Assembly: GCA_023920165.1 (NCBI GenBank)
Contig: CP089279.1
Span: 1,674,001-1,738,000 of the forward strand
Source: Curvularia clavata
Taxonomy: Eukaryota
Direction of reading: 5' to 3'
Length of the DNA: 64,000 nt
Every line of letters begins with the position of its first letter. Positions within the stretch are counted from its first letter, which is position 1. The translations under genes and the position numbers were made by a program. The notes beneath the pieces are model-generated. The model had not been told where the DNA came from. It worked only from the letters and a program-made list of their open reading frames with translations, and made no database searches. Below are positions 26,120 to 38,800 of the stretch, piece by piece.

Positions 26120-26156
26120 ATATATATATACATATGTATTATACATTTATATATAT
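26120..26156. repeat. Imperfect (AT)n microsatellite between the convergent P450 and KRE6 genes
   Basis: atatatatatacatatgtattatacatttatatatat read directly. Confidence 0.7.
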
Positions 26157-27281
26157 TCGTTCTAGACTATGTTTCTCTTCATGCCATACAAGTTTCCCAT
26201 GACAGGGTGCTACCAACAAAAAGGGGGGAAAGAAACTTCATGCTTCCTCATCCCTTTTACCTTTACTCCCCTTTTTGCTACATTCATCACCTGACTTACA
26301 CAAAACGCCTTACCACAAACGACCGTCTCGTATCTCACTATTGCTTTGCCCATCTCGCACTTCATTTCAGCTATACATTATCAAAACATTTGCTCAAATT
26401 ATCGAAACATACACGCGCGCCTCATCTCATTCATCATGCAACCTTGACCCCCGCACACCTACGCCCTCCTTCCATTGTTTGTTTGCAGTTGAATTACATA
26501 CTCCCAAGCTCCAACCATGCACACAGTTGCCAAGATCCAACCTAGGATAAAAAAAATGGTGAAAAAAAAAATGAATAAATGAAAATGACCCCTAGAAACC
26601 CCCAACCGTGTTTACTCTACTACTGCCACTTGCAGCATGGAAGTTGTACTGCTGTTCCCATTGGCGGGTATCGATTCCGGACAGAGAAAAAGAAACACAT
26701 GAAGCCAGAGGCAGAAGTAAACATGCATTATGGGTTGCTGAGAAGAAGCAAATGACAGGAAAGCATCATCTGGATCGGTAGCGGCGCCCAGCTGTCGCCG
26801 TCAGTCTCGAGTTTCTTTATGCAAGAGAAGTACTCGCGATGCGCTTGATGCAGGCCAGGTGTGATGGAATGAATGCCGCAATTTACAAGGTCGCACCGCC
26901 GTTGAAATGTGAGAAGAGAAAAAAGAAGGGATTCAGCTTGCAGCAACCGGTGAGAGGTCTTGGGCGTCGGAACAACACGAAGATTATTGACTCCAGATCC
27001 TAGAGAGATGGACCATGAGATGTACGTAGTGTCGTGTCTGTCCGTCCGTCCGTGTGTAGGCGATGAGATGGAATCCGGTATGAAACGCCGCAGGCTCCGT
27101 GCAAAATGCCCAAGCGATTGAAAAAAAGAAGAGATGAAACGGTCTATAAAACGTGCTTTTACAATGGAATCCATTTGTGAGGGTATTGTCGTCTGGCGTG
27201 GGCAACGTTAGGTGGTCAATACAAGGAAAAATACAATGGGGACCGAAATCCCGCGGTCCCTCTTCGAGAAAGGCAACGAGC

Positions 27282-29457
27282 TCAGGCATTGCAGCCATCC
27301 ATCAACGTGTTCTTGGGCCAGTCGTATTTAGTAGATTTCCTATTGAACATTTAGTGATGCTCATCTATTAAGCTGTAATTCTGAAACCTACCAGTCCGTA
27401 AGGTTAGGGTTCGCGTAGGCCTCAGGGTGCTTCTTGATGTAGTCTGTAGTTGGGTAGCCGTCAGGATCGCAAGTGACAATCTGGTTGTCCTCTGGCTGGT
27501 AGATGCGGATGTAGTCTATACGCATAGTAGCCGGAAGATCCTTCTTAATCTCCTCCCATTGAATAGCCGCGAAACTGTTCGACATTCCAAAGTTTGCAAT
27601 GATGGACAAGGGCTCTTCTGGGATGATGCGAGTGCCGACGTTGCCATTGGGGCGGACAGATGGTGCTCTCATAGTCCACGTTTTGTCTTGACCAACGTAC
27701 CACGTGATATAACCGTCACCGCCAGTCTTATAGTCAAAAGCATAAGTCTGATAAGACTTGCCGTTATACCAATCGTTGTTCAGATTGGTCAAGCCAGAGA
27801 TAGCCTGCTGGAAAGGACCACCCTTGTATGAGTTCATTTGGGTGATTGCCAAATCGTAAACCTCCATGTAGTCTGCTCAGGGTTAGTCAATGTCAAAGGT
27901 GCAAAGGAGTTGCAAGTATTACCATAGTCGGGTTGGTACCAGATGTCAAAAGGTGCGGCCTGGAAAGATTGAGAAACCACACCAACGGCATTGCTCTCTC
28001 CGGGACCAAGGAAATGAACGGAACCTTCGAGTGCATCAATTTCGGGTGCACTACGAGATTTACCGGGAGATGGATGGTCTTCTCCAGTACACGTGCAAGA
28101 GGGTAACTTCATTCCAGGCAAGTAGCTGAGACCATCATATGAACTCTGGTTTGGTGTGATGCCAAGATCGCAAGTGTCGGAGTAGCTATATGGCCATAGA
28201 CCTTCAGTTGAAGCGAGGTAACCGGGACGTGCGAGGTTGCCCATGGTCCAGAAACCGGGCCAGAAGCCACTGACGTTGCCTCTGCCTGGGAGCGAAATAC
28301 TGGCCTCGAGGTAGCCGCCCTTGTAGCAGAGTTTGTTCCACGATTGGATCATGCCGGAGCGGTATTCGAGACCGTGACTGGCTTGTTTCGAAAACTCGAG
28401 GTTAAGGACACCATCTTTAGTGAAAGCTTGATCAGGATCGTACCACTGTGGAATGTCAGTAGTGCTCAAAAGGCAAGGCGCTCACCAAAACTCACCTCCA
28501 AATCCATGGTTGCACCATACCAGATGTCCACGGCCTGGAAGTACGGATCGTCACCGTCGTAGAAACTGCGACCGTCGGTATTGAATTCGTCGGAAAAGAC
28601 CAAGACCTGTTTTTCTCCATTGGCTCCGATGCGGGTCATGGCGTCCTTGGGGGTGTCGGGATCGATAAGACCAGTGCGAATGTTCTGAAGTAATGGTTCA
28701 GTTTGCTTGCCTTGTATACAAAGAGGGTTGTCGGTGCAGGGAGTCTTTTCCGGTTTTGTGACTTGGTCAACGAAGGTGCTGGGAGACATCAGTACAATGA
28801 AGAAGGTAATTCATCACAGGAATGAACGTACAGAATCGGGTAGCCGATGAAGAGCATAAGAAGGCCAAGCGCAAGTATTGCAAGACCTCCAAGATTGGCC
28901 ATACCTCTGCGTGTGAAAATGTCGCAGTCCCTCTTTTCCTTTTCGTTGGGATCAGGATTGTGCAAGTAGTCGTCCTTTTCGACATCCTCGGGGAAAAGTA
29001 GGAGGCCGGCGGATGGCATGATGTTGAACTTCTCGGATACGGTTTGCGTGTTCAATTCGTCCTCGCTCCCAGCGCGCGAGGGCGCTCTTGAGTCATCAAA
29101 AGGCGAAACAAATGGTCCTCCGGTGAAGTCTGAACTCCAACTTGTACGTCTTGACGACATGGCAGACGGCGATTGCATGGGTGACTCGTCGCGATAAGAC
29201 CTGGGTCTGAGCCTTCCTGGAGGTAGCAGCATCTCTGAGGATTCCGCAACGGAAGCATTGCCATAGATATAGGGGGCGCCAGTGGTCTGGGCGGTCCCTG
29301 GGCGGACAGGCTGGGTTAATGAGCGCGCTGTGTTTGTTCGTGAAGAGCTTGCTTGCATCGTCGGCGTAGGAAGGTCGTCGGTAGCGGGTTGTTGGCTCCC
29401 CGAGTTGAGGCGGAGATGGGGAGGGCCTTCTCCCCTGGGCGATTGGGGGGGCATCAT
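27282..29457 (-). CDS. KRE6: KRE6/SKN1 beta-1,6-glucan synthesis-associated protein (GH16-like type II membrane protein)
   Basis: Five exons. [10 protein letters not shown], transmembrane [53 protein letters not shown]16 motif EIDALE. The last exon (27339-27282) gives [22 protein letters not shown]6 versus SKN1 naming cannot be resolved. Confidence 0.93.
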
Positions 29458-31304
29458 GGTGTAGTGTGAGTGAACGAGCGTTTGCGATATGCGATAGGTG
29501 ATAGCGGATAATAATAGGCTATCTGAAATTCAAATAGCTTGCAGAGCGACAACCAGGGAGGTTGGGGATGCAGGAGGCGCTGCAGCTTGTAGCCGATGTG
29601 TAGTGTGAAACAGGCGAAGTAATAGCCAATAGCAGGTATGAAGGGTGCGAAAAAGGTTCCGGAACGAGTTGCTGGCTGCTGCAAGTATGGTACAGTGGAA
29701 GCGAATGGGGGTCCTCGACTCCTGGTAGGATGCCTGCTTGGTTCGAGGAGAGGGCGTCGAAGACGGTGGGCAGAGCGCTGGTCGGAATGGCTGCTGGAGA
29801 CAAAAAAGCAGGAGGGAAGGAGTGAGGGATGGAGGGCGATAGAGATTCAAGGGGGAGTGAATGTCTCCTGGCCCTGACTTGGGAGGGGGGAGGCGGCCGG
29901 GATAAGGGAGCTGGCCAGGAATGTGTGCCTGGACAGGCTTGGCGGCCTTCAACGGGTAGAAACAAGTGACGCAAGACGCCGGACGCTAAACCGCAGATGC
30001 GCCGTCGGGAGCAGCAGTGATGGCCGTGAGAAACAAAGCAAAATGCGCTTCGTAAACGGGATGGGAGACAATGGGAGCGCGACGACGGGTGCAGATAGAG
30101 GCAGAGCGGCAGAGGGCCGTGGGCAAATGGTGGCGACTTGGTTGAGAAAGCTCGGGGCGTGTCCGTTCCTGAATTTGGTACCCACAAAGGCTCCACATGG
30201 AGACAGCGAGCAAGTCTGTCTAGCAGGGCGCTTGCATAAGGCGAACGTCCAAGAGCCGCTGCTACGGCTGCTTACGCACGCCTATGGGATATTGGCAATG
30301 CCTGCCATGCCATGTTTCAACACACTTTTTCTTGGGCTGTAAAGGACACGCCCTTGTCCCGAAGCCAGAGCGGGTGCAGTACCGGCCTTTGTCAAATTGC
30401 CATTTCATGCTCTGATCCTTCACTTTGGATTCTGCGGCAACGTCGTATCTTCCTACGCATGCTTGTCATGAAGCATGCCATCGTTCGCCATGGCACGCCA
30501 ATGCTGCTTTTTTTAAACCCATCTGGCGGCCGTTCTGTAGCCTTGTCCGTGGCCGCCGGTGCTCTGAAAGCCTGCGGAAACGTTATCATACCACTCGCTG
30601 GCCAAAAAAAAAATAACATGCAGATTTGCAGAGGCAGGAGCCCCGTGCCATGTTTGCTTGGCCGTCTGTCCAGTAGCCTGGGGATCATCGCGTTTGCCAT
30701 TACGCGTCGCACCACATATAATCAGCGAGTAATTCCATGTTGCAGGCGGCCTCGAGTGCAAACCAGCTGGCGCGCGACCGGAATTGCCATGAGGCTTGAG
30801 AACAAGCCCATGGGCTGTCTTTGAGCTCTAGCTGGGTTGGGTCGAGGCGGGCTGAGGATTAGCCAGATCCCCCTTATCGTATGGACAGTGGTGCTTCACC
30901 ATGGTATCACTGCCGCAAATAGCGTGGCGATCTAGCGAGTCCTTTTTGATCCTCCCCGACGCGGCTCTCTGACGGCTCTCCGACCAACTGGCAGCTCTCT
31001 CCGCCCGCCGACCAAACAGCTGCCAGGCCGAACCAAGCGTGCTCTGCTGACTGTCATTTCCTTGTCGCCATGGGCATCCGTCGAGTCGCAGGCGGTTTTC
31101 CGTGCCTGGTCTGCCCGTCTGTCAGGTTGCCAGTCTCGCTGCTCGTAGCTGTCTGGCAGTCGGCAGGCTTGCCGGAGAGGCGCACGCGACTGGGCTGGCG
31201 GTGCGGCATGAAGCGCTAGGGTAGAGCCGACATGAAAGGCTGCGAAGGCGCAGCAGTTCTGGATCGCTGCCACGTCCGCCCGCGGCTTGCGCGTGGCTTG
31301 CCCG

Positions 31305-31341
31305 TGATTGGCTTGACTCGCTAGTCGCAGCCAGCCAATCA
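31305..31341. promoter_or_regulatory. Inverted pair of CCAAT boxes
   Basis: TGATTGGCT (31305-31313) and AGCCAATCA (31333-31341) are exact reverse complements, 19 nt apart, about 1.85 kb upstream of KRE6. Confidence 0.45.
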
Positions 31342-31678
31342 GAGGCGCGTCCACGGTAGGCGCCAGACTGCAAGGCTGAATCTGCCAATTCCCCGTTGAG
31401 AGCTACAAACGACTCTGGTACGATGGGCTAGATCCGCCTTCCAATACATGTCAATAAAGAGCCAAACCTGCACAAATCCCGCCGCTCCGTTTCGGAAAAG
31501 CCACGTATAGCATTTGCCAATGAAACAAACATCATGTTGATCATCACATCTCTGAACTGCATGCTCCACTAACTGCCATCACAGCCGTTGCGTACCCACC
31601 CCCGTCCCAGCCAGTCCGGACGTTTCTTGCATCTTGTCTCCGCCTGGTACTCCATCCCAACAAAGGGGGAGAGGCCCA

Positions 31679-32178
31679 CTACGACTCTACAGCCAGTGCC
31701 TTGAGTCCGATAATCCTGCCCTCCTTCTCATCAACCCCTACCACGTAATACTCTGCCCTTGTGCCTTCGAGCTCAACACGAAAGATCTTGGCCGTGCCGT
31801 TGCCTGCCTTCTTCACTGCATCAACCACACCCTTGTATTGTGACTCGAACCCAGTGCCTTTTACTTCTTCCACCTTGTCCGTTCCCAGCAGCTTCGCAAG
31901 ATCCTCTGCCATCTGCATCAGTACTAGTATAAGAGAAAAGAAAAGACCTTCTTACCGCTAGACACGTTGCTTCCGCTGAACTCCAACGCGACCGGCTCAA
32001 ATGGCTCATCCGAGTCACTGACGTAGTACTCTTCCACTTGCTTCAGTACGCTTGGCACCGCAGTGTTGACGCTCTTTGTGCCATAACTCTTTTTTTGTGA
32101 TGCATCTTTCGCTCCCACCGACCCCGTGTCCTGGTTCGCCTTTTCAAGGAAGGCTGCGTAGTCCGCGTCCGACGACAT
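31679..32178 (-). CDS. NuiA (nuclease A inhibitor)-like protein; possible longer start at 32415
   Basis: Exons 32178-31956 and 31905-31679 (GTAAGA..GGCAG intron): MSSDADYAAFL...LKQVEEYYVSDSDEPFEPV...QYKGVVDAVKKAGNGTAKIFRVELEGTRAEYYVVGVDEKEGRIIGLKALAVES*. Aligns by eye to cyanobacterial NuiA motifs as I recall them (SESEYPFEV ... VYVIG ... AGISTKVVET*). Confidence 0.75.
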
Positions 32179-32896
32179 GTTTCGTGCGTGCGTCCTCCCG
32201 GAGAATACACTCGATCCAAAGGGAACCAAGGCTGTACTTGAGCGCCGAACGACCTGGTCAAGTAACCGTGGGTGAAATCGCTTCTTAGCTGCCTTTGTGC
32301 TGCACAGGCTCTCAAATCTCTTGGGTACAAACTCTGCCGGCAGCGTGCTGCTATGGAAACGGCGGTGCAATGTGCGGGATGTCTGCTGCCACAACTGCTG
32401 TTCCCGCCTGCCCATGGTGCTTAGGGCCGTCGTCTTGCCGTGCGATGACGCAAATGCCTTGGGCGTCCCAAAGCCGGGCAAGCCTAACCCCCACCTTCCG
32501 CACTTGCTCGTCCCAGCCTCATCCACCAACATCTGGGCACCGTCACAGGTCCAAGCCAATAAAAACTTTGTTCGGTACGAATTGCTATGACATTCTTGGG
32601 TAATTAGAAAATACATACAACACCCGCAGAAGTACGGGTACACTATAACGCGCAGGGTATCATCGCCGTGCAGGAGAGCGTTACCAGTCCCCCACATTCT
32701 ACTTTGACCTCAATCCAACTACAATTCCATGGCCTGATCCCCCTCGTCAAGAACTCCAACCCCCCTTAACAAAACTTGAGATGAGAAAACCAAAGTCATC
32801 TGGAGATACTCTCACAAACAAGTAGAATTGCTTAACAAGGAAACAATATTGAAATGCTACACCAGACTCCAACTGTACCATCTGCCATGATAATAC

Positions 32897-35831
32897 TTAT
32901 GGCTTTTGCTCAACGGCCGTGGGAGCATGAGTGACACCATTGGTCGGTGCAGTCCGTGGGCTGCTTCGCTCAGATTTTGCAGCATTGGGTTTCGCGTCAT
33001 CGCCCTCATCATCATAGTTCTCATCCACATCCATGTGGCGAGCAGCAGGCTCGTGGTGCTCAGGACGTTCTGTCTTGGATGTCTCAGACATGCGGGATAC
33101 CGGACGCGCAGTCGCCATGGGAGGCAGCGAGGGTGGGTGGTGAGCTGCCTCGGATGGGTGATAGCCATCATTGAATCGCCTAGGGTCGGGTCCCTCCTGT
33201 GGACTCTGGCGCGGCACCTGAGGTGACGACATTCGGTGAGGCGGGGTAGGACGGCGGCTATGAGGCTCCTCAATCTTTTGGCGTTTCTCGTCATTGGTAG
33301 GAGCCTTTGCGCTAACGTGATCATTTTCTTCCCACTCACGGTGTCTCTTGGGTGGTGCTGTTGGAGCACGCTCATCACGGTCGCGAGCCGCTTGCTCAGC
33401 AGCAACTTGAGCCGATGCTGGCGGAGGAGCTCCGCTGGCAATTCCGCCGCCAGTTGAAGGGTCAGCATGGTGCTGGTAAGGGCCCTGGTACCCATTGCGT
33501 GGGGACGCTGTTCGGTTCTCCACAATAGGGCGCACTTCAGGCGCAGGGCTGCTGGGGCGGACATTATATGGAGGGACAGCACCCTGTGTCGACCCTTGGC
33601 TTGGCGGACCACCAAGACCAGTTGGTGGTGGTGGAGGTGGTGGGGGCACACTACCAGCATGCGGTCCGTAATTGGGGTTTGAGATACGGTTCGGCTGGGG
33701 TGGCTGTTGCTGCTGCTGGTGCACAGGCGGTTGTGGCTGCGCATGTGTTGCCTGGGGCGTGAGCTGCGGGGGCTGGGGATGGTAGGGGCTAGGAGCCACG
33801 TGGTGTGTCTTTGGGGATGGGGACATGCCACGACGGATGGGTCCCGGGCCAGGAGGTGGAGGACCGGCAGGACCTTGAGGACCAGGTCCGCTGGTGGGAG
33901 GACGAGGAGGCTCTGCGTAGGGCCTGGGCGCTTCCTGGCGTGGACTAGCTGGCCTCTGAGGAGCATGCTGAGTGGGAGGACGAATGCCCTCGCGCTGCTC
34001 GTATGGGTTCAGCTGCTGGGGTGGTAGACCCGGGTCGCGGATCTGAGCCAGAGGACGATCCCAGCCAGCCGCCAAAGCTGGAGGAGCAGGTCCTTGAGGA
34101 GGCTGCTGAGGCTGAGGAGCTCCCCACTGTGGAGCAGCTGGACCATGAACAGACGCAGGCTGATAGGCCTGAGGGTGTACATCCTGGGGTATGGGTGCAT
34201 TGCCTTGATTAGGTGCCCCAGCTGACGTCTGCCCATTCTGTAGAAGTTGAAGGCGGGCCTTGATGTGTACGTTGGAGGGGTCGAGATCGGCGGCGCGCTG
34301 GTAGGCGTCGAGGGCATCGGCTGTCTGGTTGTTGCAAGACTCATACTGTCGCGTTGTTAGTGACGCGTTCTGAATATCGGAGTAACGGTTTTCTTACCAA
34401 TGTTCCCAGATCGTACCAAACCTCTGAAATGTTGGGGTTCAGACGGATTGCACGGGAGTAAGCATCGAGCGCATCGCGGTACTGATTGATCTGGTAATAC
34501 AGCACACCAATGCTGCACCAGAAGGTTGGGTTTCTCCCATCGCGATACACAGCTTGTTGGTAAGCCTCGTACGCTTTGGGATACTTTTGCTGAGACATGT
34601 AGCAGCGCCCGAGCAAGTACCAACTCTGTGCATCAGTTTGGTCTAAAACAGCAAGTCAGCAACATGCGCAGCATTGTACTTGATTATGAGCCTTACCTGA
34701 AGCGACAGACTTCTCAAGATATTCAATAGCCTGCTCCTGGCTTGCGTAGTTGGTGCTCTGCTGATGGTGGAGCCATCCCAACTGTTGAAGGACCTTTGCG
34801 TGGTTGGGATCACGCTCAAGGACCCGGCGGTAAGCACCTTTTGCGGCTTCGAACTAGCTCACATGTTAGCTACGAAGTACTTGTTGTGTCTGGGTGATAC
34901 GAACCTCCTTCTGTTGTTCGTAGACGTGCCCAATCTGGAACCAGATGTCCTCTTCCGTGAGTGGACGAGGGGGGTTGGTGACAATGTATTTAAAGCACTA
35001 CCAGAGCATTAGAAACTGTTTGCCAGTAGAAGCTGCCATCAGACTTACATCCAAACTCTGGTTGAACTTCTGCTGTTGCTTGTAAATTATGCCTAGACGG
35101 AAGTAGATCTCGTTTGCCTTTTCGAAAGTAGGTTCCATGCGCATGACTTGCGAAAAGGCCTCTTCGGCATGTTCCAAGGAGCCATAGCGGTCATACAGGA
35201 TTCCGATGCCATACCACAACTTGGGTTCCTGTAACATGTTAGTCGCCTGGGCTGTTTGCAAGTCAATGGAAACATACCTTTGGATCAGAAAGGTGGTACA
35301 AAGCTTGCTGATAGGCCGAGTAAGCCTGCTGCAAGTCGTCCATCATCAGGTAGCAGTGACCTGGTCAAATTAGCTCTAGGGTGTTGGGAAGCCGCAGAAT
35401 GATGTCTTACCGAGGCTGCCCCAGACGTCGCCGTTGGTTGGGTCGACCTTGAGGATGGTGCGCAGGTATTCAACTGCAGCTGGGAAAGCGTCCTTTGTGC
35501 GCAGGATGCATGCAATACCTTGCATGGCAGGTACGGACCATTGGTTGAACTTCAAAGCCTGCTCATAGCATTGCATAGCGCCGTCATAATCCTGCATTTG
35601 CTCGGACAGAGAGCCTGCGGTGTGTCAATTCCATGTCAAATGGCATGCGACGGAATGTAACTTACCCATCTGTGTCCAGACAGCCTCTGTGAGTTGGCCC
35701 AAGTACTGCGAGGGGGTCTTTGGCTGGCTCGCATGGGGCGGGTGGCCATTCACCTGCGCGTGCGAAGGATGCTGGCCTACATGGTGTGCGGGTATGCCCG
35801 TGGTGGGCGAAGGCTGCTGGTGCTGTGCCAT
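32897..35831 (-). CDS. SSN6: General transcriptional corepressor Ssn6/Cyc8 (TPR repeats, Pro/Gln-rich tail)
   Basis: Eight exons with canonical introns. TPR segments VWGSLGHCYLMMDDLQQAYSAYQQALY, EPKLWYGIGILYDRYGSLEHAEEAF, SWYLLGRCYMSQQKYPKAYEAYQQAVYRDGRNPTFWCSIGVLYYQINQYRDALDAYSRAIRLNP. Confidence 0.96.
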
Positions 35832-38800
35832 GACGGCTTGCTGCGACTGAGCTGCCTATAATGCGACGAGTGCGCTAGCTTGGCCGCGACGGGGGCAGGG
35901 CGATTGATAGTGAGCAAGTCGAGAGCAGGGTCACTATGAATGGCGCCAGGTTGCCTGTCGACGTGAGTTAGCCGATGGGAGATGATGGGATTGATGATGG
36001 GAGCTTACTGGTGGGTGTGTTGGGGCGCGCGTCTTGCAAAGCGTGCCGGCGGGAGCGAGTCGAGGCGTGGAGAGGCTGGCGCGGAGAACGACAGCAGCGC
36101 GCCAGAGGAAGACGGGTGGAGATGGAGCGCGACGTGGAGCAGGCGGCCCTGTTGGTGGATGCACCTGGTGTCTGGCGATGGCGCAGTGTGGGCTTGGGGG
36201 AGAAGGAGAGACAAGAGGCTGGAGTTGGATGCAGCCTTGTGGAGGAGAAGCAAGTGAGGAAGCAGACGAGCGAAGAAGGAAGGGGCAGGGCGGTCCAACG
36301 CTCTTTCTGTGTGGGTTAGGGTTACGACAAGTGTGGGCTACAAATGTGCGGGACCAGATAATCCTGGAAGGCGCACTAGCGCAAGCCACTACGGGGGGTC
36401 CGCTCTTTTTCTGAGCGACCCGTTGCCAGCAAATTGCGTGCCCAGCATCATCACCACCGCTGCCTATGCGCCCACACACACACCCTGTTCCTGCTGCACC
36501 GCACTGGGGCCGCTCTTGGGCAACAGGCGAGCCACGTCCGCTGCAGACAGACAACGCGCCCCATGTCCCCAGCGCCGCCCTCGCGCCCCTCTGCTGCCGC
36601 CCTCGCTGCCAGGAAACGAGTCCGTGGGCCATCTGGTAGCGTTCGTGCCAGGTTCAGTCGGCTCCGCTGCTCGGTTCAGATGGATACGCTATAAGCATGG
36701 CGCTATATGCGCCTCATCTACATCGAGAACAGATCAATCTTATTTGGCCGGTGGCCCAGCACCTACACACCATGTATCCGCACGAGGCGCCACTGGGCGC
36801 TGTCATGATTCGGGGCTCGTGCCTGATGTCTAGCAGCTTGGATCGCATTGCAGCAGCATTGTTGCACCACTCTTCCAAACGTCCCCGGCACGCCTAGACT
36901 GCAGGGCTTGGTACACGCACTGCCGTCATGTCCCGGCCAAAACTCCCTTGGACCACCGTCTCCACGTCTCGCACGCACATCTCTGGGTCAGGCCTTGATC
37001 GACTCGTCACGCGCGGTTGGCGTTGCTGAGAGGCGTCGCAACACACTGCCCTCATGGACCTGCTGCGAGTTGCACCTACAACGCGCGCCATGGCAAGCAA
37101 GACAGGTCACCTTGTCCAAGCTGCAGTGCAGAGCCTGTTCACCATCGGGCTCGACTCTCAGCCCTTTGCCCATGGACAAAGGGGAAGCGCGTGTCGTCTC
37201 GCGTCCGCCACTAGGATGCAGCCAGGCCAGCAACCGCCACTGCGACGGGGCGGGAACACTGCTTTCTGTGTGCTGGACCTGGAGTACACAGTGCGACGGT
37301 GCTGACAGTTGTCGTCAAAAGGCTGGGCTCAGGGTAGCGGCGCTGGGCAGGCTCCCTGGCACAGACTGCGGTTGCACGGTGGCGCACGAGGAGCAGGGTG
37401 TCATGATTAACGACCAGCGACGGATCAGCGCCGCCAAAGCGGCAGACACACCTCCACATCTGAAGCTTCCGGTCGTCTGCTTAGCGCCGCCTGGCATGCT
37501 CCGCTGACGCAAATTGTCCTCCGCTCCCGCGTCCTCGGCAGAAAGCTCGTGTCACCCAATGCATCCCTGCCGCGGACTGCAATCTGACAAGAGCCGATCA
37601 TTTGCTGCCGGCCTGAGCTTGCAGCCGGGATCTCGCGTCGCCGCCTCAGCCTGCGGGACCAGGCGTCTGGTGTCTGCTGCCGCGCACTCGAGCAATGACG
37701 GCGTCGCCCATGTTTGGCCGGCTGCAGTCTATCCCCGTCGTCCTATCCACGGCGGCGGGCACCTGTCGGACGACGCATCTGGCATTCCGACTGTTGTCGC
37801 TGGGGTGGCACGGAGAAGCGTCACCAGAAAGGACATCGGCCCGCAAAAAACGCCACTCAGCGCGTCTGGGCTTGCAGAACCGTAGCCACGTGAAACTTAC
37901 CTAAGCTATGTGGGCCCAGCCAGAGGGGACCACGCCGTGCCGGTTAGCGAGTTAGCGAGCCGCCTCCCCCCCATTCCTTGGGCTACCAATGTGGAAGGTC
38001 CAGTAACTTCGCTGCCCTTGCGACCACAGACTTTGGCTCTGAAACAATCTCGACTTGTCCAGGGTGCTCGCGCTGCACCCATAAATGGTCTATGCCTGAC
38101 GCGTCTTGTGGTCCCTGGATGCCGCAAATCCAAGCAGCAACTGTAAGGCGCACGCGAAACGCGCCTGGAGCTTGTTTCATACCCAAGCTTCTACCCAGTG
38201 CACCACGACGCCTTGTACATACTAAGCCATACTCACGATGCTTCAAACGGCCACGGCGACCAATGCACAATTCTTCCTTTCTAGCACGTCGCGGCGATAT
38301 ACACATATTCTTCGTGGCTTACAAAATTGGTTTGCTAGTACCTACTACACATGCACACAGGTCCCAACAGAGTGGCATAACAAAGTTTGGTTGCGCTCCG
38401 CACGTACTATTTGTCCCAGGTGCTTTCTGCGAACCCTATTCAAATCGGTGCCATGTACGTTGTGACGCTCATGCCACCTTGCATCGACGCAAAGCGAATA
38501 TCCACAAATACACACTCCCACGACACAGATCAACGCCAATCTTATGTCATCTCCACTGCGAACTAGCTAGATATGGTAAAAAAGCTCTGTACTAATAACG
38601 GAACCTCACCAATAGCGCATCATGGACACTGGAGCTCGACATGACATACGTATGAAACCTGGCTGACTCTAGAAACCCACCATTGAGCTGAAAGGAGACT
38701 CCTTTCTGCTCGCATCACTGATCACCTAGGCCCAGCGTGCAGTCGTAATGGGAACATCGATCTGAGGCTCCACAAGACCCTTATCGCAACCGTATATACT

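Noticed and set aside
21764..29457. DJ-1 / P450 / KRE6 as a biosynthetic gene cluster
   Set aside because: No backbone synthase, cluster transporter or pathway regulator; the neighbours are general housekeeping genes.
32857..33966. 369-aa ORF overlapping the SSN6 3' half in another frame
   Set aside because: Shadow frame of GC-rich Pro/Gln-coding sequence; no motif or independent start context.
36313..36324. Telomerase RNA template candidate (TAACCCTAACCC on the minus strand)
   Set aside because: A kilobase-scale RNA on this strand would run straight into the SSN6 coding region, and I could see no pseudoknot or other supporting element.
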